A DNA stretch of 64,000 bases. Origin: Anthoceros angustus. Taxonomy: Eukaryota; Plantae; Anthocerotophyta. Within the stretch, counting starts at the first letter, position 1, and every line of letters starts with the position of its first letter. The position numbers and the translations under genes are program-made. Positions 10,985 through 20,924 of this stretch are shown here, one piece after another. Location: positions 248,001 to 312,000 of the forward strand of contig VJWM01000197.1 of assembly GCA_010909165.1 (NCBI GenBank), written 5' to 3'. Below the pieces are notes generated by a model, which did not search any database, was not told the DNA's origin, and saw only the letters and a program-made list of their open reading frames with translations.

Positions 10985-12435
10985 TGGCGGCGCCGGCCGC
11001 GCGCCACCCTTCTCCACAGCCCAAGGGAGTGGGGTTGAGAAGCAGGGTGACCGCCTACTCATGTGTGTGGGAAGTGGGAAGGGTAGGGAGGGCGCGGCCG
11101 GCCGGCGCCCGCCACCCTTCCCACTCCCACACAATTGCATACCAAGCGGAGGAAAACACATAACAATCGAGACAACCGTACCTTTCCTGCGAATTGAGTC
11201 TCAAAACCGCAAGCATTTCGTCGATGAGTGATAAGGATATTCTAGCGGACTTCCTCGAACGATGAGCATCCCAAGTGTTTGGCCATAGCAACTTGGATGA
11301 TGTGGAATTTTTTCGCAAGGTAATTTCGTCATCCATCCCTTTCAAATCTATAAGGCCGGCCAAAACCTTCTCCGTCGCGGATATGAGAATCCTGCCCACA
11401 ATCACCATGGAATACCTTGAACGACTTCGGGCTTCGCCAACATGTCTTCGGCTTTACATACGTTGCATCCACTTTCTTCGACTCTTCTGTCACCCTACGT
11501 TTCCCTTTTCCCTTCTTGTTTGTGCCCACTGCGCTGTGCCTCTTTCTGCTCTGGCAGGTCACCAGCTTCCCACTTTGAGAAGATCTTGTCTACATTCTCC
11601 CAGACTTTGCCCTCCTGCTTCGCTATGCATAAGATATGAGTCCTGTTGTCCACCTTGTTTTGTTTGTATACATCGTCGTTACGGGCCTCATCATCCTCAA
11701 TAAGTCCCAGAACCTTGTATAAGTTGAATTTCCAAGTCATCGTCATCTGAACCCCTTCGCGTTTCGCAATCAACAATTCATCCCTGAGGTACCTGACTTG
11801 CTCTATAAAAGACATCTTCCGCCGCTTGTCCGACATAATATTGTGATCAGTTGCGAGGACTCTCATCTCCTGCACAGTGAGGCCACAGTACACATGTGCC
11901 TCCACATATTGGAAGCGTTTTTCCTGTGGGAGATCTCGCCAAATGTTTCATGGTCGCATATGTGGTTCCCACCAGGACACCCATGACATATGTCTTTGCC
12001 CCAATTTCTTCCGGTCAGTGGCGAGATCGGGGCATTCCGTCGGATCTATCATGCACGCAGGGTAAAACCCCTCTTCAATTCGCCTTCGAGATCACCCGTG
12101 CCAAATAGTTTGTCCATGCTTCGTCCACCCTTCTTATTTGAGCGTGTCGTGCGACGCAGACGAAATTCTCCAATTTCACGAACTCTGCACCACCTTCTTG
12201 GCGTGGCATTCCACGATGCGTGTCGGGCCGGTCCTCTTCCGGATAGCGTCTTCCAGTCTCTCCTCGTCCGTCGCGACATGAACCGTCCGGATTTCAAGAG
12301 ACACTGCTCCATCGCCAGTGCCAGCTTTCCGCCCCTTCCTCCTCTTCCCCGTCTCCTGGTTTTCTACCGCTGTCCCCGAATGACCCCCACTGGGATCCGT
12401 GGACTCGGCACTCCGCTTCCCCAAGACAATCGCCT

Positions 12436-12469
12436 GCTGGAGGGCGCCGGCCGGCCGGCGCCCTCCAGC
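12436..12469. repeat. Perfect 34-bp GC palindrome
   Basis: gctggagggcgccggccggccggcgccctccagc equals its own reverse complement. Confidence 0.95.
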
Positions 12470-12489
12470 CCCCTCATCCTCGCTCACAG

Positions 12490-13792
12490 GCTGTAGGGGC
12501 AGCCCTCACTGCTTGGCCCGCCGAGAGGGCGCCGGCCGCGCCCAACCCAACTGATGCATTCGGGAACTGGACAAACCAGTTCGGATTCGGCGTGACCAGG
12601 TCCTGGGCACCTCTCCCCTGCTGGAGGGCGCCGGCCGGCCGGCGCCCTCCTCTGATTGCGGATCATACCGGCCGGACCTCCATGGATCGCCTGCATATCG
12701 TAGTCAAACAATATGTCTGCATCTCTTTGCTCTCCCTGTGCATCGGACTCTTCCAACTCATCATCCGAATGACCAAGAACATCCGGAATCGGCCCATCAT
12801 CCTCATCTTCTGGACCCAATTCACTCCCTTCATGGCTGGGTGGGTCATCCTCAATATCTTGGTGGTGAGCAGTGCTCCGTCTTACGGTCATAACCCTCCT
12901 GTGCTCCAGCACAGACTGTGTGATCTCCGCACACACAGAACAAATGAAAGCTCTTCCTACTTGGGCAGCCTGGAAAACAGAACAGAAGATTAGAAAACAA
13001 AAGTTATGCGTGAACATTGCTCAGATGAAGATAGAACACTGCATTCTCGCTAAAGTCCGAATCCTTACCGTCTACTCTCGCCTGCAATCTCGAAACACTT
13101 GAACCAGCCTGGATGGCTCACATTTTTTTATAACAAGACCATTGAAGCTCACGTGAAACATCTTATACATGTCCACCTCCTGTGGCAATGTATCGAACTC
13201 GTTCGGTTTCGTCACACACAGTATGTGGCCTTCAGGCTCTCCTCTTGACATATCCAAGGTTGCCCAAATAACCCAGCCCGCTCTGGCTCTTTGATTCGGC
13301 ATGGCATGCTTATACCCCATAACCCACAGCTTGTATAGCGGCGTCCACATGGTGCCATCGTTTTCCGATTCTTCCTCCTGCACCAGCATCCAATCCTTCT
13401 CCCGAACCTCAATTGGCTGAAGCTGCCCAGAAATACGCTTGATGTGCATTGTATCTTCATAGCTGTAAGGAGATTGGATAGGAGCAGGCACAGACTTCTT
13501 CTTCGTCGTGCCAACCTGCTCACCTCCGCCATCTCCTCTTGTCGTGCTTGCCTTCCCAGACGTGTGGCTCACAGAGCGCGCGTGCCCGCCGCCATGACCG
13601 ACCACCGGACCTCCTGATTGCTGGGGCGGCGCAACCGCAGGAGCGGAATTGGGAGCGGGCAATCCTCTGCTGTGGGTCGCACTCGGCTCCTCCCGGCTTG
13701 AGCTGCTTCCCCGCCTTCCTTTCTTGGTTTACGCAGGCGGATCATCGCCGCCGCTCACCCTCGCCTTTCTTGCTTCGCCTTCCCATCGCCAT
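12490..13792 (-). CDS. Transposon-borne ORF of unknown function (possibly the N-terminal part of the ParB-MTase gene): low-complexity start, globular region, possible Cys motif, acidic tract
   Basis: ORF 13072..13662 (EVREKDWMLV...YKLWVMGYKH...DCRR) and 12484..13017 (FICSVC, then E/D-rich), separated by a likely intron. ATG near 13792, with a frameshift. Confidence 0.45.
12623..12650. repeat. Perfect 28-bp GC palindrome with the same core
   Basis: ggagggcgccggccggccggcgccctcc. Confidence 0.95.
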
Positions 13793-14693
13793 TGCCTCCT
13801 GCGAAACCACAATACATGAGGTCACCAGAGGCGTAAATGGAATAGCGTGCAGCTGGATAATCGCGAACCTCTTCTTCGCGTGCAAAGGATGAAGGAAAGT
13901 TCCTTCGGAATTCACTGCCCGATGTGGGGAGGAAGCGCATGAGAACACGCCCAACCAGCGGATAGTCGCTCGGGGCGTAAACTGCGCGAACGGTGAACGG
14001 CGGTTCAGTCTCGGATCAATATGTACACCTTGACTCAGAATAGTTTAGGGTTTCCCATGTCTTCGCGTATTGTACCATTAATCCGTGTACTTAGGGCACA
14101 ATCAAGCACGGTGTCTAACGGTTTGTATTCCGTATGCCACAGGATATCCGACTGTAGATTTGGCGGCTGTGAGGCGGCGAATGCATTCAATGGGCGGCCG
14201 TTGCAATTACTGCCTTGCCGGTCCGGTGTGCATAAGTAGGCGACCTCGATTAACCTCTCCCAGCTTCGAACTACGCGTGAGGGGACAGGAGGATGAAGCA
14301 GTGGAGAAGCGACCGCTTTCAGCCTGTGCTTTCCGAGTCCCCTCAGCCTGGCGGAATGCTGGAGAGCATGCATACATACTCCGACGATGAAGTAGGTGTT
14401 GACGACTTTGCAAAGTCCACTGTCTCTCCGTTTCTTGTTTTTCACAGCCGTCGGTGACCTCCTTTCCTTCAGTCGCCCGATGAAGAAGGCGAAGACCAAT
14501 CTCAGTATCTCCGAGTTTGACGCGAAGGGGACGTATGCAGAAGGAGGGACATGTTGAACAACGGCGCCGGACCAGCCCATGCCCGAGTGAACCAGCTAGG
14601 GAGTCGGGTTTCGGCCAATACAGACGACCGGGCTCTTGTGCTCTCAACATTGGACTCAGGCCGTCTACACATTGACGGTAAGAGACTAAGGGA

Positions 14694-17600
14694 ATGGCAT
14701 TCCTAAATGAATGTTTGATTGTTTGGGCGTTTGTGTCACAGATGGATGCCCGCGAATGTGCAGACACCACCATTGACCCATGTCGTCGGCTACGGCCACC
14801 ACCATCACCTGCTCTTCCACGATCTGTTCCACATACTCCTCGCAATCTTAATTTGTACGCTGCCATGGAAGGAAGCCCTTCTGCACGCAAAAGAAGCGCG
14901 GAAGACAAGAGGAGCGGATGTCAGGCATCCGCCCAGGTCTCCTTTTGCTAGACGCGGATTGTTCAATGCAAATGATGGAGTCATATCGCCGCCCGCCGGA
15001 GACCAGGATATGCAGACTATAGAAGAAGAGCATGACACCTCCCATATTCCTTGTGCAGAAGCTTGGCCAACGTTCGTTTCATGCGAAACCTTCGAGCGAA
15101 ACGTTGCAGTCTAGAAGCATTGCGGATTCGGTTTGTCCTGGACGTCGGAGGTCAGGTGTGCCATTGAGGAAAAGTGATGGGGCAGTTATCGCGGCTGAGT
15201 TTCGGAAACCATGTTGCAATGACATGTGTCTGCACAGGTTAACGAAGGAAAAATTTCAGGAGCAACGTTATCGTTTCCTCCGCATGGGAAGGCAAGAACA
15301 GGAGACATTTCTCGAAACCCTGATGCATGTCCAACGAGGTAATGCGCGTAAGGTGGTTGTTCCTCATGTCATGGGCACCTGCGATCAAGTGTTGTTTACG
15401 GGCATTTAGAAGAGTTTATTGCATTGGTCACAAAAGGTATGAGGAACTAAAGAGCGGTCATGCGAATGCACCATGGGGACGCTTTGAAGGCCAACCCCAT
15501 ACGTAAGACGCCCACGCAGAGGGGCCATCGCTTGGATGGACAATGCTTTTGAGCATGGCGTAAAGGCCGAACGTGGAGGTCTTCAATCTTCCGACATACA
15601 CGGTTGGAGATATGGGCTCAGTACAAGAGACAATGCGACATATCGGGCGTGCGGTGTGTAACATATGCGTGGTTTCTGAAATTGTGGAAAACGCACTTCA
15701 GCCGAGTGAAGATACCGAAGTCCAACAGGTTTTCAACGTGCTCTCTGTGCGCCGGCTTGAAAGCAACTATACGGAATACCACCTCCAAAGAGGATCAAGG
15801 TGCGCTTGAACTGCAATAAACTTTCCACTTCTAGATCGGTGAAATGGAAAGGGAGCGTGTCCGGGCCGGGCGCCGTGGAGGATATTGAACTGGAGTGTAT
15901 GCTGGCAAACGCCGGCACAACATCCCTTACGTGGGCGACCCCCTTACTTTTCTGTACGCGTAAGTGGGCTTTGAGCTGGCTGTGATGTACTTTCACCGCC
16001 GGCGGGTGCCGCCCCCCCCGCCCCCCCCCCGCCCCCCCCGCCTGCGGTCGGCCCCCAACAAAATGTCTTCATGTAGAGGCGGCCATCCTTTCGTGGTCTT
16101 CAAGAGCGGGACAATATGTCAATGAAATTGGATCGTGTATGCTGCATGGCGGTGGGGTTCTAAAGACTAAAAGTCCAAAATCTAATATCGCATCCGATGT
16201 TGTTTGCGGAAGTACCAGCCGCCTCGACAAGCATCGAGAGACTATATGCAGGCGTTCAAAGATGGCGAAACACCGCAGCAAAGCTACGTTGAACCACATA
16301 AGTATATGTTGCTCTCCATTGATGGCATGGACCAGAAGAAAACAGAAATACCCCATTTTTTGAGGTGGCCCAAGAACCTTGAAGAGGAAAGCCGAATTTC
16401 AGTTCATGTTGTGGGGTGCTTGATACACAACTACACGTACAAAGCCAGGATTTTCCTCCATTACGCGAATCTTCGGAATGACGCAAATTTGACTATTGCG
16501 GTTATCCAAGATGTTATACATAGTTACCAGGGGGTCTTGCCCAAAGTTTTATACTTGCGGTTGGACAACACATGCCGGAGAATAAGAACCAGCTATTATT
16601 TATGCATTTAAATATGCTTGTGGACATGGGGACTTTCCAGAAAGTGAAGGTGGGGTTCCTACTGGTTGGGCACACACATGATCAGATTGATCAGATGTTT
16701 TCGTGTTTCTCGAAAACATTGAAACACAAGGAAGCACACACATTGGATGAGTTGACTCATATTCTAGTTGGTGCATACACTCCCACACCCGAATTGAAAC
16801 TGTTGACGGAAGTTGCAGATTTTCGGACATATGTGTGGCCTATTCGGAGAGGGGAAGGTTGGCAAATGTATACTGCGGCGGTAAGGAGACTAAACAATTT
16901 ATCGTTCCAACACCAGTTCAAGATAACTCGGGAGGAAAAACAAGAGAGGGCTAGTCACGGTAATCCGCAGCAAGACTCGACGCCGCCTCATTGGGAAATG
17001 TAATCGTGGTTAGAGTTCACATTCGTCCCTTTGGATGCCATTACTGCAGCACCGATGATGGCATTGCGGGCGAGGGACAAGAAGGGCGCGGATCCGGTCT
17101 TAAGGCCAACTGAAGGAGTAGCTCATTTGAAAGCCGGGCTTCGCTTTGAGGTCAGAGGACAAGAAGCTATGCATAACCGGTGGGAAGCTCGGAAGGACCA
17201 AGAGGAGATTGCTGTCATTGTGGAAAATAATATCGGGTTAGCCTTGCAGGAACCATGGAAATGGTATTCCAGAACTGATGTGGAAGTGACAGCTTCATCG
17301 CTGCATGTTCCTGACGAAGCATTGCTAGAGGAAGCTTTGATGAGGGACCTACCACAACGGGATATGTATTTGGGAGCATACCAAAACCTAGGCCGCCAAC
17401 AAAGGGAAATGGCGCATCTGAATGGGGATGTAACGGAAATCAAGAAAGGATGGTTCATCGCAACACCATGCCACACCGACACTCACAACAGACCTTTTTG
17501 GATAGGGAGAGTAGCCGATGTCAGACTAGGTGCCCCACGTCCCCACTTTCTCGTCCATTGGTATAGAACCGAGCATACATGCGCTTGAAGGCGGTATGTG

Positions 17601-17792
17601 GAAGAGTACATAGTACGAGGGCGGATTCACCAACCGGTCATGAACGGGAGTAAGAAAGGGCCCAAGGGTTTATATCCCAAAAATATGCAGGAGCTATATG
17701 TAAACGAAACGGTAATACTGTACTACGGATTTAACCTCACGTCACGGAAACACTTGTATGCCGTGGACAAAAAGCTATCGTGGATAAGTTAA
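14694..17792 (+). pseudogene. DDE transposase (DGMDQ / LDNxxRENKN / GHTHxxIDQ type), frameshifted in this sequence
   Basis: PCCNDMCL, WFLKLWKTHFSRVKIPKSNRFSTCSLC, LLSIDGMDQKK, LPKVLYLRLDNTC-RENKNQ, FLLVGHTHDQIDQMFS, and a C-terminal PFWIGRV...VHWY module. Probable intron ~15830-16200. The start is uncertain. Confidence 0.85.
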
Positions 17793-18406
17793 ATGAATTG
17801 CGAGGATTTATAGAACCTGCCGCCGAGTGTATAGGGGAGGAAAGGGACGAATAGGATGTACGAATTCGGCTTCCCCTCCATGTGAGTGTAACTGGAGTGG
17901 ATGAGTGGGGACGGTTGTCACGAGAGAAACAGGCTTCTGTAATAGGTAGAGAACATACTTACCCAAAATGTGGGGAGAGCGATTAAATACGTGTTGGTTT
18001 GGAGGGAAACTACCCCTGCATAGTCTGCGTGGGTCTGAATGAATTTTTTGATAGAGTTCCTCCTGTGGCACACCTTTCGGAGTTTTTCTCTTTTGTGCAT
18101 ACAGATACAAGCTTTTATGTTCATGTAAAGGGACGGCGTTCTTTCCAACATTTCCGCACTTCCTGCCATTCTTGGTTTTACTTTAATGGATAGGGAAAGG
18201 CGTTATTGCATGACCTTGCGGTTGTCGGTGGCAGTTGTTAGCGTAAAGGCCGTCAATTAAACGTGCTGGGGACAGATCCATGTCATGCTCATTCCATTTA
18301 TAAAGCTATCCAGCAACCCTTGTCGTTGCAAAGCCCAGAACGAGGGAGGAGCATTCCTGAAAAAGTGCGTGGGGAGCGAGCACAGGAGCTGTGCACTGTG
18401 TACTCC

Positions 18407-18480
18407 GGGATTTGAAGAGGAGTGTGGGGAAAGGGCGCCGGCCGGCCGGCGCCCTCTCCCCACACTCCTCTTCAAATCCC
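18407..18480. repeat. 74-bp palindrome (one mismatch) with the same GC core, near the right TIR
   Basis: gggatttgaagaggagtgtggggaaagggcgccggcc|ggccggcgccctctccccacactcctcttcaaatccc. Confidence 0.95.
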
Positions 18481-18793
18481 TTCCATTTACTATCTTGGAC
18501 CACATCCGAGGAGGTGAGGTCCATGGTCACCCTTAGAACCCTACTTGAAGGGGAGGAAGAACGTGCAGAACACCGGCATGAATGGTCCACCACATGGGTC
18601 CGATTATAAAGGAAAGTGTAAAGTTCTGGAATGCAGAAACCCTTCGCATGCGTCTGACAGTTTTTCAGTATTGTGCAACCAATGGTGGGAGACCATGTTT
18701 TGGTGCTAAATTTTATGGAAATCCCCGTATATGCATGTTTTACACCCATGTGCAACCCTCTTTGGAGGATAAAAGTCGCTCAACCCCCAACGG

Positions 18794-18826
18794 GTATATT
18801 CACCCCCTTGCAAATTTATCGTGTTG
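18794..18826 (-). repeat. Right TIR (33 bp)
   Basis: gtatattcacccccttgcaaatttatcgtgttg, followed by ga. Confidence 0.95.
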
Positions 18827-19045
18827 GACCTCCCATGGAAGCACCGGACAAAACCGATAAGGCTCCCCAAGACACCACCAGCATCTCTGAGCTTCTCAAA
18901 GATGACGACGCATCTAGAGATTGTTTTGAAGGTGTTCTCAACATCCACTTGTACATCACCCAATCCAAGTGGGTGTCAAGGCATGCCTTCATTTCAAATA
19001 CCGTGGACTCGCAACCCCGGAGTGGGAGTGACGACTCGCAACTAT
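18827..19045 (-). mobile_element. CRE-like non-LTR RT, 5' part (continuation of 7500-8390)
   Basis: GCESTVFEMKACLDTHLDWVM / QVDVENTFKTISR...FEKLRDAGGVLGSLIGFVRCFHGR corresponds to the GCE...DxxNAFNxxSR RT motifs. Confidence 0.8.
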
Positions 19046-19117
19046 AAATAAGTGATTGTCCTTTTAGTTTCATTAACTCGCAACTATCAATGAGCGATTG
19101 TCCTTTTAGTTTCATTA
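19034..19117. repeat. Two-copy ~42-bp tandem repeat
   Basis: actcgcaactat...gattgtccttttagtttcatta occurs twice. Confidence 0.8.
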
Positions 19118-20924
19118 CTAGTTATAATAAGGCAGCAGGCGTCTTTTGAGTTAGCGGTGGCTGCATCTTTCTTTTATTTTAAACTGTATTATAAATGCTT
19201 TGTATTTATAAGAAATACGCTCCTTAGAAACACGGTCACCACGCCGATTTTTTACAGGCTATGGACAACGCCTATGCCACGTGTTATATGACAAGAATCT
19301 GGAACAGTCGGTCTACGGGGATCATAACAATTGCGTGAGGCACAAATGCTTGCTGTGGCAAGAACAAGCCCTGACCCTCCTGCGAGGGTTTGTCCACAGG
19401 TTCATTGAACTGATCTCATTCCGGTTTGTGGGCATTGTGTTTGTCTCTTGACACGGTTTTCGGAATCCAAGCTGGTGTCGAACACGGACTCCGTTAAGGT
19501 GGAGCTTGTTGGTAGTGTAGCAGAGAAGTCTGTTGTGAAAATTTGACGTCGGGAAACTTTGGGATGATGAAAACCGTTGGAGTTGATCGGGTCCTGCCTG
19601 CGCCCACATGGTGCAAATGCCTAAATCGGCCAGAATTTCACTCGGTATCAGTTGTGTTGAAGAAGCCGAGCGTGGGGTCCAGAACAAGATGGGCCGCTCT
19701 CGCCAGGAGGTTGTATGTGAGCAGGAGACCTCCGCAGAGCATGGCAGCTCGAGCCCTGGATGGACCGGAGGTACCTGACTACTTTCCAGCCACATGGTGA
19801 TTTCACCTCTCCGAGCTTGTGCGTGTGATGTGGCCTTGTCGTGTAGACATACCCGTGACAATCCTTTTTTCCTCTTCGTTTCTGGGGCTGGATGGAATCG
19901 GTCAATTGATTCTTTCGGTGGTTGGTGAATGCAGGAAAGAGAGTCGAGAGAAGAAGCCACTCGGCCCTAGCCATGATGTGTGCATGCTTCTGCCTCAAGT
20001 TTGTTGGTGATGCTCTGTTGCTCACATCCAAGTTTTGATGGCCTGATCTGGTTTCCTTTTCTGGCTGTCTTGCTGCAGTCAACAGCTGAAGAGGCAACGT
20101 TGCGGCAGCTGGATGCGTTGCAAGATAACGACGTCCCGTATTTGGACCATGGCATCGAGGTCATGTACAGGGTAACTTCACTTCTGTCTTAATATGGCTT
20201 TCTGCTTAGAATTGTGCAACAGGTAACCTTTCTTACTTGCCTGGGTCGTTTGTTCCTGCACGTATTTCTTCAACATTTGACACCCTTGTGCAGTTTGCTG
20301 GGTTTGATCCATTTCGGCCATCCACTTATTTCGGACCGCACTTCGATCTTGGCCAGGTACTTTGTCCCCTGCTCGTCCTTTGAGAAGGATGCAGATGACA
20401 ACAGCTGTTGGTTGGTAAACTAAACTTGTTGTGGATGCAGTTCGAGAGGTTCAGGCGTATATTCCATCACACAACCTACCGTGTCCTGCTCAACCACAAA
20501 GAACGTAAAATTCTGAGCAGTCTCTACATGAACGAGGTACGTCATGGATTGCTGTCAAGTACCTGCAACAACTCCTGCAGCTGGCCCCAAACTTACCCTA
20601 TTTATGATCTGTGGATTCTCCAGCACTGCTTCAAACAGAGGGTATGGGTGTGCGGAGTCCGACCCGAGGAGGAAGGAATTTTTGAGTTCAGCCTGGAGCA
20701 GGTATAAATCTCATGCTTGAAATTACAAGAACGTCATGGCCAGTGGAAGACCTGACGATTTACATCATTAGTTTTTGGTGGAATAATCAACCAAATTACT
20801 AACTATCTACTTGTGTCTGCCTTGAGCAGAAAGTTGGAGGCAGTTGGGATGGTTACTGGCTTACAAACAGTCTCCATCCTGACCAAGATGCCTTCTCCGG
20901 TGGCATTGCTTACTAGCTCTGCGA

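Larger units (their letters stand above)
8725..12487 (-). pseudogene. ParB/Srx-like domain plus beta-class N4C/N6A DNA methyltransferase-like gene (frameshifted in this sequence; MTase exon duplicated)
   Basis: Reading across frameshifts gives GGNH (~11962-11973) and EAHVYCGLTVQEMRVLATDHN. After an intron (~11180-10945): YALLIMDVPRG (motif IV position), FVWDKTN, ETVEYVTVGW, QK..GLMMKLIKTFSRKGLVLDACSGSG (motifs X/I), then ILAALLCGR and IEAD (motif II). Confidence 0.75.
8391..18826 (+). mobile_element. 10.4-kb TIR DNA transposon carrying a DDE transposase and a ParB-like/DNA methyltransferase cargo gene
   Basis: Perfect 33-bp inverted termini and a GA dinucleotide on both flanks. Removing the element plus one GA restores the flanking RT frame. 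A DDE transposase lies inside. Confidence 0.92.

Noticed and set aside
15998-16045. Poly-C tracts (potential G-quadruplex) in the putative transposase intron
   Set aside because: Low-complexity stretch in an error-prone region; exact sequence unreliable and no function supportable.
19034-19125. Possible Helitron end (ctag after tandem repeats)
   Set aside because: No subterminal hairpin or matching 5' TC end identified.
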